From a virus (Duplodnaviria > Caudoviricetes): DNA of 64,000 nucleotides. The notes beneath the pieces were generated by a model. The model made no database searches. It was given only the letters and a program-made list of their open reading frames with translations, and had not been told where the DNA came from. Shown piece after piece: positions 46,785 through 55,750 of this stretch. The stretch covers positions 2,193 through 66,192 of IMG/VR virus record IMGVR_UViG_3300014205_000022. The stretch is one strand, 5' to 3'. Position 1 is the first letter of the stretch. Every line of letters begins with the position of its first letter. The position numbers and the translations under genes are program-made.

Positions 46785-47383
46785 TTGTTCTTGAAGGTTG
46801 TGACATGGCTGGCAAGTCAACTCTTGCCCAGGCTCTGTTCGAACTTATCCCCGCCTATACACATGGCAAAGCTGCACCGATGGTGCGGCACTTCACCAAG
46901 CCACCTAAAGACTTCGACAAGTACTGGGGTTATCACAACTGTGTTCAGCGTGACGTGATCCTCGATCGCTTTCACATGAGCCAGTTGGTGTATCGTCGAG
47001 TGTCCAGTGAGAATCATACACTTACACCATTCAAGTATGACCTCGTCGATGCTGCCATTACACGAGTCGGAGGTATCGTGGTTGTGCTTTGTCCGCCAGA
47101 CGATATCATTGTTGATCGCTGGTCAAAGATGACTGACGGTCGCAAGGAGATGTATTCGCTTGACTTCGTTCTTAAGGTGAATTGCGTGTATCAGCATCTT
47201 GTCAAAGCCGGTGCTGACGGTACTTTCATCGACGGTCAAGGCGCATACAAGCCGAAGATCGATCTTGCCTTTCAATACAACACGCCGACAGAAGACATGG
47301 CTCGCGACATCGCATCATTGTGGTGGCGCAATCAATGCCAGCTTAACGATATCGCCACGCAGCGTCTGTTCTCACTGGATTAA
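46781..47383 (+). CDS. dNMP (thymidylate-like) kinase
   Basis: IVLEGCDMAGKST P-loop and ILDRFH.S.LVY. Confidence 0.85.
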   Translation: MIVLEGCDMAGKSTLAQALFELIPAYTHGKAAPMVRHFTKPPKDFDKYWGYHNCVQRDVILDRFHMSQLVYRRVSSENHTLTPFKYDLVDAAITRVGGIVVVLCPPDDIIVDRWSKMTDGRKEMYSLDFVLKVNCVYQHLVKAGADGTFIDGQGAYKPKIDLAFQYNTPTEDMARDIASLWWRNQCQLNDIATQRLFSLD

Positions 47384-47385
47384 CA

Positions 47386-47847
47386 ATGGTCATCTTCGAT
47401 CTTGACAACACTCTCATCTATACGAGAGACGCAGCAATCCGCGCTTATGAGTTGGCAGGGATGCCAAAAGACAAAGTGCAGTGGGGTACACCTTGGCTGA
47501 AGTGGTGTCCAGCAGATGTGTATAAGGCAAAGTGCGATAACTTCGAGCAAGCACTACGTGAATGCGGATACGCGATGCCATTGCTTGACCTTGCCTTGCG
47601 AATAAACGCGATGGTCATCACTGCTACATCAGAGAAATCAGTAGAGATCATTAAGAAGCTGTTCGCGCCTAAGCTTAATGTTGTGCTGATGAATGCAAGC
47701 ATTAACGATAAGGTACGTTTCTTAAACTACTTTCCACTAGGCATATACATTGATGACGATGAAACCACAAGAACGGTAGTAAGTCATCAAACGTTATGGG
47801 CAGCGATACACCCTGATGACTATGCAAAAGCAATAGGATTACAGTAG
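47386..47847 (+). CDS. HAD-family phosphatase
   Basis: IFDLDNTL, VITA, K and IYIDDD motifs. Confidence 0.8.
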   Translation: MVIFDLDNTLIYTRDAAIRAYELAGMPKDKVQWGTPWLKWCPADVYKAKCDNFEQALRECGYAMPLLDLALRINAMVITATSEKSVEIIKKLFAPKLNVVLMNASINDKVRFLNYFPLGIYIDDDETTRTVVSHQTLWAAIHPDDYAKAIGLQ

Positions 47848-47859
47848 GCGGGTAAAGTA

Positions 47860-49107
47860 ATGCGAGTCGGATACGGCAAGCTTGGTCGCACTCTTGAATT
47901 GAGTGATGACAAATGGGGCGTGGCAGGTGGTGACAACGAGCCAGCAGCTCTGTTGCTGCGGCTGGCTGAGAAGCATCCCAGCGTCACCTGGGTGGTCGTT
48001 GGTCGCAACAGCGGTTGGGAACCGCCATTGCCTAACATTGAGAACCCGTGGCAAGACTGGCTGCCACAGATCAAAGCCTCATCGAAGTCGATGAAGACCG
48101 ACCCGGTCGCAGTCTACGACTCGCTTACATTCGAGACGTACGAATCACTCGATGAAATCGTCATGTGGATCGGTCAGCATTGTCCAGCTAATTCGCCGAT
48201 CCCGCGCGTCGATGATCGTAGCACGCTTGTCACTCCGTATGAATCGGCGATTGCCTATGGTAGCCACGTGTGTCGTGGAATTAACCGGTGGCAAGACCGA
48301 TCTGGTAGGCAAGACCGGTCTGGTAAAGAGCCGGTCTGGTTGATCGCCGACCCGCGCAACTATCTTAAAGCACGTGATCTTAAGTGGCCCCGCACTAAGC
48401 CGATTCTTGGTCAGTTTGATTTCGTGCGTAATGAGAAGTGCGAACACGGTGATCGTGTATTACCATCACGCGACCAGTATGTCTACTCCGGTCTTGAGCT
48501 GTCCGGAATTCGGCCGCCTACGCCATTAAGTGTCCAACGAGATTGGTCTGAGCGTGATCGCTTTGGTGCGATCATTAACGAGTGTCGCAACTACGGAATC
48601 CCAACGCATCTTACGCGTCTTGACGCGCTTAAGAGATACATCCTACCACTTAAGCCATCGTGGATTCATGGATCGTGGACTGACAACTCGCTTGCAGATG
48701 CGGGTGTTGACATCAAGCCAATTGAATATCAGCTCGTTGATTCAAAGATGCAGAGCACACTCTGCACGTTAACTACTCCAGCGTCTGGTTCTGGGTGGGC
48801 AACTGCTAAGCCGTGGGAATGCTTTGCAAATCATGTTGTATGCTTCTTCCATCCGTACTACGACACCCAGGGTCATATCATTCCAACACTTAACCAGTTG
48901 GATGACCCAAGTATTCCTGGTGACTCCAAGACGCTTGCTAAATGGTTGCGAGTATCTGGTCCTGACGAGTTGAAACTAAGAGTAGATGCAGTAAGTCGCA
49001 GTAGGCAGGTCTATAAGACGCTTGTTGAATTGCAGTATGAACTGCTGACAAGTGCTCTTAAAGATCTTAAACACGTTCGTATGATCGAAGAAAGGATTGG
49101 GCTATGA
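47860..49107 (+). CDS. GT-B glycosyltransferase, T4 beta-glucosyltransferase-like (candidate DNA glycosyltransferase)
   Basis: N-terminal GGDNE. The C-terminal ATAKPWECFA..VVCFFHP.YDTQ.HI parallels the T4 BGT segment TLRVWETMA...D.KHRI as recalled. Context is a nucleotide-modification cluster. Confidence 0.65.
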   Translation: MRVGYGKLGRTLELSDDKWGVAGGDNEPAALLLRLAEKHPSVTWVVVGRNSGWEPPLPNIENPWQDWLPQIKASSKSMKTDPVAVYDSLTFETYESLDEIVMWIGQHCPANSPIPRVDDRSTLVTPYESAIAYGSHVCRGINRWQDRSGRQDRSGKEPVWLIADPRNYLKARDLKWPRTKPILGQFDFVRNEKCEHGDRVLPSRDQYVYSGLELSGIRPPTPLSVQRDWSERDRFGAIINECRNYGIPTHLTRLDALKRYILPLKPSWIHGSWTDNSLADAGVDIKPIEYQLVDSKMQSTLCTLTTPASGSGWATAKPWECFANHVVCFFHPYYDTQGHIIPTLNQLDDPSIPGDSKTLAKWLRVSGPDELKLRVDAVSRSRQVYKTLVELQYELLTSALKDLKHVRMIEERIGL

Positions 49108-50540
49108 AAGGCATCATCCCAGCTGGTGGTCAAGCAACGAGACTTGGTCCACTTGCAGCTTACGTGTCAAAGGTTCTTGTCTCAATTGGAGGGCGACCAC
49201 AGCTTATAAATCTCGTCGAACAGATGCGTCGTGCAGGCTGCGATGACATCGTTGTCGTTACTAGCCCAGACACTGATACGCAGGTCAGGAGCGTCATTGA
49301 GCGATCTGGTCTTGAACGTGTTAAGACAGCTGTTCAAGGCAGTCCATCTGGTCCGATGCGGGCGATTGGAATCGGAATGGCGGCAGTGTATGATAACATT
49401 GACTGCCCAATGATGGTTATCATGGCAGACACTTATATCAATGAAGAGCTGCCAAACAGTGAGTTCATCGGTGTAAGCACGGGTGGTAGTGAGAGAAACT
49501 GGTGCTATTCACCGGTCGATAAGTTCGTTGACGGTCGCCCGGACCAAAAGACGCAAGTCTTCGTTGGCGCCTTTCGACTAAACAGCATGGCAGAAAGCTT
49601 TCTTGTTGCACAGAGACATATTCACGATAACGGCATGGCTGAATTCTTAAATGAATTCAGCGACGTGCAACGTGTTCACCTTGCGTCGTGGCAAGATGTT
49701 GGTGATGTCCTTGCCCTGGGTAAAGCGCGCCGTGAACGGTTCATTTCACGTGCTCATCATCGACTGGTTCTTGATGATACCGGCATGATCACCAAGATCG
49801 GCTGCACTGAGCAAGAAGCTGAGTTTATGTGTGATCTTAACAGATCATATGATGCAACTCGTGCATGCTTGTTCCCGCGAGTGTATGAAGTAAAGCAAGG
49901 TCCTACCTCTTGTCAGTACACGATGGACTACATCGACTTGCCATCACTCGCCGAACTATGGCTGTACTGGCCGGGATTGCCAGAGACATGGGCTGGTATT
50001 GTTCAGTCTGTTGTTGAACGATGTAAACGTGACCTGTGGACAGAGCAAGGATTTGGAACGGTCGGCGACACCTACAAGTTCTACGGAGAGAAGGCGGTCA
50101 CTCGCTTAGCTTCGTATCTTAACTCACCAATTGACAGCGCAACCAACAACCTGGTTGTCAACGCGTGTGAAATCATTCGCGCAGACACCTGGGTGAATGG
50201 CCATGGTGATCTTAACTTCACCAACATCTTGTATTCACTCAACACCAACAACATTAAGTTGATCGATCCACGAGGAGGACGAGTACCAGTCTCGTATGAG
50301 TATGCGAAGCTTGCGTGTTCTCATATGATCAGTAGCATCATGCACGGACTGACGAACGTTAAGCGTGATGCGGAACAAGAAGCTGTGCTAAGTGTGTTGC
50401 ATAAGTACATCGAGCCAAATCGTCTTAAGGCTTGCATGGCATTGACGATGCTGGCAGCAGCTAGCTTGCACAAGAAAGACGAAGCCTATCGCTTTTACCA
50501 GTACGGAATGCAGCTCCTACAAGAGGTGACACAGCAGTGA
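49104..50540 (+). CDS. Bifunctional sugar-phosphate nucleotidyltransferase + APH/choline-kinase-like kinase
   Basis: N-terminal GIIPAGGQATRL...SK.LV; C-terminal HGDLNFTNI...LIDPRG. Confidence 0.85.
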   Translation: MKGIIPAGGQATRLGPLAAYVSKVLVSIGGRPQLINLVEQMRRAGCDDIVVVTSPDTDTQVRSVIERSGLERVKTAVQGSPSGPMRAIGIGMAAVYDNIDCPMMVIMADTYINEELPNSEFIGVSTGGSERNWCYSPVDKFVDGRPDQKTQVFVGAFRLNSMAESFLVAQRHIHDNGMAEFLNEFSDVQRVHLASWQDVGDVLALGKARRERFISRAHHRLVLDDTGMITKIGCTEQEAEFMCDLNRSYDATRACLFPRVYEVKQGPTSCQYTMDYIDLPSLAELWLYWPGLPETWAGIVQSVVERCKRDLWTEQGFGTVGDTYKFYGEKAVTRLASYLNSPIDSATNNLVVNACEIIRADTWVNGHGDLNFTNILYSLNTNNIKLIDPRGGRVPVSYEYAKLACSHMISSIMHGLTNVKRDAEQEAVLSVLHKYIEPNRLKACMALTMLAAASLHKKDEAYRFYQYGMQLLQEVTQQ

Positions 50541-52501
50541 TTCATTTCCCAAACGGCGGTCGACTGGTTCAAGATGTATCCGAGCTGCCTGACATTCCAC
50601 AAGTGATAAGCAGGCTGTATCTGGACCTTGAAACCACCTCAAGAAACCCGAAGCTTGATTCACTCAACCCATGGTATCACTGCTATGTTGGCGGAATAGC
50701 AGTGACGTGGGATGATATGTCAGGTGCGTATTACGTCCCTGTTGGTCATGCTGATCAGCGATGGAATCTGCCGCGCGATGCTGTTATTCGTTGGGTAAAG
50801 AAGCTTCTTGATTCATCAAAGACTTGGGTGAACCACCATGTTAAGTATGACTCACATGCAATCACAAATGACCTCGGTGTCGATTTCAGCGGAGAGCGAG
50901 TCTGCACGATTGTGTGCTCGAAGATTCTCGATTCAGACAGACAATTTCGCGGAGGGTATGGACTTGACGCCCTTTCAGAAACATGGCTTCACGAGAATAT
51001 CAATGCGTACGAAGATCAGCTTAAACGGCACATTGGCAAGTCAAAGGACTACGGTGTCTGCCCTGCTGACGTGATGGGCGAGTACGCATGTCAAGACGTG
51101 TTAACCAATCGCCGTCTTGATCACTACCTCACTGCGAACCTTCCAGCAGAATCCAAACCGGTCATCGATGTTGAGACCAGGCTGACGTCGTTGTTGATCA
51201 AGATGGAACGTCGTGGTTTGATGGTTAAGCCAGCTGAGCTTACCATCGAGAAGCTATTCACGCTTCAGCGTATGACTGAGATCGAACAAGAGCTGCACAA
51301 ACTGGTTGGCTTCCCATTCTTGCCTACATCAAGTAAAGACTGCTTCGATGTACTGTGCAATACATATGGCCTACCAGTTATCTCATGGACTGAGAATGAC
51401 GATGGTACGAAAGGCAACCCGTCGTTCGACAAAGAAGCTCTTGAAATGTACCGCACTCGCATTGACTCGCCTAAGCAAGTTGTCGAGTTGATGCTTGAGT
51501 ACCGCAAGAAGTCAACGTTCAAAGGCTTGTTCCTAGATACGTACCAAGTACTTGCCACTGAGGTCGGCGATGGGTATTCAATCCTTCACCCTAATCATAA
51601 CCAGTGTGTAAGAACTGGTCGCATGTCTGTGAGTGAACCGAATTCACAGCAGCTTGATAAGCACGCTAAGACGCTTATCCATCCGGGTAAGGGCATGTCT
51701 TACATGTCGGCCGATGGGAGTCAAATCGAATTTAGGACGCTCGCTCATTATGTACAAGATGATGACATCATCAATGCTTACATTGCAGACCCAGATGTCG
51801 ATTTCCATCAGCGGGTTGCTGACATGTGCGGCATCAAGCGTCGTCCAGCGAAGACTGTGAATTTCAGTATCGCGTTCGGGCAGGGCAAGAAGTCGACTGT
51901 TGCGCTACTAGAGGTCGACGAAGACATCGTCAGCGCCATCAAGGACGCGGTCAACAAACTGGTTGATTCTGGTCAGCTGCATCCAGACGGGCGGGATTCG
52001 GCGTTCAAGGCGCTTGCCAGACAGAAGGGCGAAGCGCTGTATGATCGATACCACGAGACCTTTCCAAACATCAGAGCTGTGGCCAGGCAGGCCTGCAACG
52101 TGGCGAAGAGTCGTGGATACGTAAGGAACGTTCTTGGGCGTCGCCGTCATCTTCCAGAGAACCATGCACATAAGGCGTTCAATACTCTTAACCAGTCCTC
52201 AGCAGCTGACATCATCAAAGAGCGGATGGTGACGCTGGCTGATCATCTTGAAGGAACTGGTATCGAACTGGTCACACAAGTGCATGATGAACTGGTTATG
52301 GTTGGACCAACTGAGGTATTCGACGATCCGAGAACAGCAAGAGATATCGTGGCGATCCTTGAGGACGTCCACGTCTTAAGAGTGCCTGTGCGATTCAGGT
52401 ATGGTATATCCGATAAGAACTGGAAGGAGGCTGCCGGACAAGAAAAAGCAATCCCATTGGACGAAGTGAAGCGTGCAGGTAGACTTGAACATCTTAAGTG
52501 A
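50537..52501 (+). CDS. polA: Family A DNA polymerase with 3'-5' exonuclease
   Basis: LDLETT, NHHVKYD, RTGRMS..EPN.Q, SADGSQIEFR, RRPAKTVNF and QVHDEL. Confidence 0.95.
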   Translation: MIHFPNGGRLVQDVSELPDIPQVISRLYLDLETTSRNPKLDSLNPWYHCYVGGIAVTWDDMSGAYYVPVGHADQRWNLPRDAVIRWVKKLLDSSKTWVNHHVKYDSHAITNDLGVDFSGERVCTIVCSKILDSDRQFRGGYGLDALSETWLHENINAYEDQLKRHIGKSKDYGVCPADVMGEYACQDVLTNRRLDHYLTANLPAESKPVIDVETRLTSLLIKMERRGLMVKPAELTIEKLFTLQRMTEIEQELHKLVGFPFLPTSSKDCFDVLCNTYGLPVISWTENDDGTKGNPSFDKEALEMYRTRIDSPKQVVELMLEYRKKSTFKGLFLDTYQVLATEVGDGYSILHPNHNQCVRTGRMSVSEPNSQQLDKHAKTLIHPGKGMSYMSADGSQIEFRTLAHYVQDDDIINAYIADPDVDFHQRVADMCGIKRRPAKTVNFSIAFGQGKKSTVALLEVDEDIVSAIKDAVNKLVDSGQLHPDGRDSAFKALARQKGEALYDRYHETFPNIRAVARQACNVAKSRGYVRNVLGRRRHLPENHAHKAFNTLNQSSAADIIKERMVTLADHLEGTGIELVTQVHDELVMVGPTEVFDDPRTARDIVAILEDVHVLRVPVRFRYGISDKNWKEAAGQEKAIPLDEVKRAGRLEHLK

Positions 52502-52504
52502 GGA

Positions 52505-52615
52505 ATGATCATGGTCACATTCGGTATCACGTACACTCTTGCGACTACGATCGCGTTCGTAGCATGCGTCGTGGCATTCACAGTGATTGTTGTCGTGAAT
52601 GTCGTTAAGCAGTAG
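52505..52615 (+). CDS. Small single-TM protein (36 aa, not in ORF track)
   Basis: MIMVTFGITYTLATTIAFVACVVAFTVIVVVNVVKQ follows GAGG. Confidence 0.45.
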   Translation: MIMVTFGITYTLATTIAFVACVVAFTVIVVVNVVKQ

Positions 52616-52652
52616 TCACTGCTGCCAGCATCAACATTAGGAGACAGAAGAC

Positions 52653-53480
52653 ATGCCCAAGACCGTTGACATTCGAATTTATAAGATCGGCCAGTCTCAA
52701 CCAGACACGCTTGAGATTGAAGACTGGCTGCAGGATCTTGGTGTGAGTGAGGAGTTCGAACTCCCTGAACCACCAGAGCTTCCGCCTAGCGAACTGGTGC
52801 CAGCTCTTGCCGCCAAGCGATGTTACATGTCGTTTGAACCGGGGATGAATAAGAACGTCACCCAGGTGCGCAAGGACTATGACGAGTACTTCGCAAACAT
52901 CCTCAAGTCTGGTCATGGATCAGTTCTTGAGCACACGTACTACTCGTTCGCCATTGAAGGTGTATCGCGTGTGTTCACTGCTGAGATGAATCGCCATCGC
53001 GCTGGTTGGGCGATCAGCGAAGCATCTATGCGATTCATCCGGTTCGATGAATGCATTCCTTACTGGTTGCCGACCAGCATTATGGAAGCACCCGATGATG
53101 ATGAGTCGCTATCAGCGAAGAAACGACGCACGCGTGCAATCTTTGATCGTGTGTTCAAGTTCGTCGAAGAGAACTACGCCGAGCTGATGCAGATCTGGGA
53201 TATGGACGAGACAGACAAGAACTTCGACTACAAGAAGAAGGTCACCTCTTGCCTGCGGCGCATTGTTCCTTTGGGCGTGGCAACTGGTGGTGTCTGGACC
53301 GGGAACATTCGTGCTCTGCGTCATGTGCTGACAATGCGGTGCGCGCCGTCAGCTGAAGAAGAGATCATGCACGTCTTTTCGATGATCGCCGCACGCATGG
53401 CCGAAGACCATCCACAAGTGTTCGGTGACTTTGAACTGGACGACGCTGGATTCTGGCGGCCAAAGTATTGGAAGGTCTAG
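52653..53480 (+). CDS. thyX: FAD-dependent thymidylate synthase ThyX
   Basis: GHGSVLEH, VSRVFTAEMNRHR...SEASMRF and TGNIRALRH..TMR. Confidence 0.93.
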   Translation: MPKTVDIRIYKIGQSQPDTLEIEDWLQDLGVSEEFELPEPPELPPSELVPALAAKRCYMSFEPGMNKNVTQVRKDYDEYFANILKSGHGSVLEHTYYSFAIEGVSRVFTAEMNRHRAGWAISEASMRFIRFDECIPYWLPTSIMEAPDDDESLSAKKRRTRAIFDRVFKFVEENYAELMQIWDMDETDKNFDYKKKVTSCLRRIVPLGVATGGVWTGNIRALRHVLTMRCAPSAEEEIMHVFSMIAARMAEDHPQVFGDFELDDAGFWRPKYWKV

Positions 53481-53493
53481 CCAACACTCGAGT

Positions 53494-53600
53494 GTCTATA
53501 AACACGAACGGCCGGCATACCGATTGGTTTGCCGGCCGATTCCATTGGTAGGTCTATAAAGCACAACAGCCACCCGGGCTGCAGTCCCAGATGGCTGTTG
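53494..53600 (-). terminator. Tandem duplicated hairpin units, probably terminators of the leftward early operon
   Basis: Two units read GTCTATAAA(G)CAC.AAC followed by a GC hairpin (53494 and 53552). On the - strand each is a hairpin followed by GTG(C)TTTATAGAC. Confidence 0.6.
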
Positions 53601-53915
53601 ACGATGGCCGTCGCTATTCACGGAGGGCGCTCTGTGCGTTTCATAGTTCTCATTTATTCATTGGTGTGAGGTAATTACTCTGCATCATACGTGTTAACCC
53701 ATGATGCTGGGCGAGATGTCTTTCCATCAGTCACGCCGTTAGGCGGCCATCAGTACAAGGCGCTATGGCGTCGCACTCAAACGTTAGCCCTTTCAATGAA
53801 TTCATGAAAGAGCCTACTTAGCCATACGCGGATGGTAATTGCAGAGGTCTCATCATGTGATATGCCCTAGCGGTAAAGCGTGCTATCGGTCGGGTGAGAC
53901 TCTTTCACCTCACCG
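53601..53915 (-). ncRNA. Candidate structured non-coding/processing region (hairpin array)
   Basis: Stems at 53682-53707, 53787-53813 and 53893-53914; no convincing ORF. Confidence 0.35.
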
Positions 53916-53940
53916 TTGAACACACGTCGCATGATCTTGG

Positions 53941-54189
53941 TCATTCTATTGTCTCCAACCACTCAAGCCACTCTTCGACGGTATACACTCCGTCGCGTAA
54001 GTCACCATACAAATCGTTCTCCATCCCTTGGCGCGAGTCGACATGCGTCACGCAGTATTGATGGAAGAGAACAGTGTACTCTTCCGCTGAATACCCAGTG
54101 GTGTTGATAAGCGTGTCATCACCCGAGTGTGGTAATTCTGTTGATGCTGTTCCGTCATCGAGGACGGTGACTACTGCTGTGTACATCAT
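53941..54189 (-). CDS. Hypothetical early protein
   Basis: Coupled to the upstream ORF in the leftward operon. Confidence 0.55.
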   Translation of the reverse strand: MMYTAVVTVLDDGTASTELPHSGDDTLINTTGYSAEEYTVLFHQYCVTHVDSRQGMENDLYGDLRDGVYTVEEWLEWLETIE

Positions 54190-54695
54190 CCAACCCTTTC
54201 AACGATGATGGCCAGCGGCGTCTCGTTAAGAGCCAGACCGACGAACCACGTGGTGTAATTGAGACCAATGTAGAGGTTGTAGTACGTCCCATCACGCGTC
54301 TTGGTGCGCTGTGCATCGATGCGTGTGATTCGCTCGGCGGCGTTCAGCTTGGCGTTGAACTCATCCATGGTGATGCGGGTCATCCCGTGCTTGACCTCTT
54401 TGGGCGGTTCTATCAGTTGCACTTGCCACATGGCAGCAGCGAACAGCACGCCGGTCTTGTGCTCTTCGATCATCACCCAGTCCTGGGCGCCACCGTACAT
54501 GCTGATGATATCGATCACAGAACCTTTGCGCCCGTTGTACTCGTGCGGCTTGTGGATGAACTCTACATCATCCCCTGTCTGATACACGTTGCGGTTAACC
54601 CACTCTTTCGTCACGCTGTCTTTGAGCGACTGCGACAGCAGATCGAAGTTCTTCATGACGTCTTGTGGAACGTCAACAGGGTCGACTGTGTACAT
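54186..54695 (-). CDS. Hypothetical early protein (SH3/KOW-like segment)
   Basis: High-GC3 ORF containing GDDVEF...GRKGSVIDI. Confidence 0.6.
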   Translation of the reverse strand: MYTVDPVDVPQDVMKNFDLLSQSLKDSVTKEWVNRNVYQTGDDVEFIHKPHEYNGRKGSVIDIISMYGGAQDWVMIEEHKTGVLFAAAMWQVQLIEPPKEVKHGMTRITMDEFNAKLNAAERITRIDAQRTKTRDGTYYNLYIGLNYTTWFVGLALNETPLAIIVERVG

Positions 54696-54777
54696 CGTCT
54701 TGTCCTAGTAAAGAGGCACGTGCCGAATTGCTGGATGTAGGCTCCACTGTCGATGGAGCCCACGACCAGCCGCTCGA

Positions 54778-55620
54778 CTAGGCGTTCGCGTTGGCCTCCG
54801 TGGCGGCCATCACACGGTTGACTTCAGCCACGATCATCTCGAGCGCGCCTTGGAAGCTGTAGACCCCGCTGGAGTAGACACGCAACTCGTCACGCGAGAT
54901 GCTGTCCAAGTCCTTGGGCATCGGTGAGGCGCACTGTCCAAGACCATTGGCGATTTGCTTGCCACTCTTCGTGCAGATGGTCTCGAGGAGGGTGAACGTG
55001 GCCGAGCGGTAGAACCAGCCCGACACAGTGTTGATGAGCGTGCTCGTGTCGAGCGGGTCGCTGGTTCGCTTGAGGCAGGCGGCAGTCAGCACGTTCGTGT
55101 TCTCATAGGCGAACAGCTTGCTGCCGTTGCACACCCACAGCTCGACGCGATAGCCCTTCTCTTCGAGGATGTGCGTCAGGGCGACAGCCGCAGCACCACG
55201 CCACAGGATGTTGTCACTCTCTTCGTAATACGGGGTCGTCGTGTCGATGAGGATCGTCATTTCGGCAGGCCCACCCGTCTCTTCGCGGATCATGCGACGG
55301 CGGTAGGGCAGACCTTGCATCATGCGACCCGTGTCGATCTCGTCGCCGTCGTCGAAGGACCACTCCGTCTTGCGCACGCGGCTCTTGAGCGTCGGGAGGG
55401 CGGCCTCACCCAGGCGCGCGATGTACTTCTCGAGGATCTCTGCGCCCTTCTTCCATGGCTGCGTCGTCTTGAGGTCAACGTCGTACCACGTACCGATTTC
55501 TTCGCCGACGAAGGACGCACCACGATCCTTGAAGCGGCTCACGTCTGTGTAGGCCTTCACGTCCTCCATCGACTCGAACTTGAAGAGTTCACTGCCAGCA
55601 GCTGTCGTTTCCTGAATCAT
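54778..55620 (-). CDS. vWA-like partner of MoxR-type AAA+ ATPase
   Basis: TILIDTTT (degenerate MIDAS) and RGAAAVAL..ILE..GYRVELW; adjacent to the AAA gene. Confidence 0.65.
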   Translation of the reverse strand: MIQETTAAGSELFKFESMEDVKAYTDVSRFKDRGASFVGEEIGTWYDVDLKTTQPWKKGAEILEKYIARLGEAALPTLKSRVRKTEWSFDDGDEIDTGRMMQGLPYRRRMIREETGGPAEMTILIDTTTPYYEESDNILWRGAAAVALTHILEEKGYRVELWVCNGSKLFAYENTNVLTAACLKRTSDPLDTSTLINTVSGWFYRSATFTLLETICTKSGKQIANGLGQCASPMPKDLDSISRDELRVYSSGVYSFQGALEMIVAEVNRVMAATEANANA

Positions 55621-55696
55621 TTCATCACCTCTCTGGTTGTGGATGCAGCATGCGTTGACCATCAACGTTTGCTGCCTCCGACGAACACCACTACCG

Positions 55697-55729
55697 ATAG
55701 AACCGTTTCCGCGTCCCGTTGGATCTATG
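55697..55729 (-). promoter_or_regulatory. Bipartite motif copy C: CATAGATCCA-N14-CGGTTCTAT
   Basis: Same spacing as copies A and B; upstream of the vWA-like gene. Confidence 0.8.
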
Positions 55730-55750
55730 AAATCCTAAGGTTTTCCAAAA

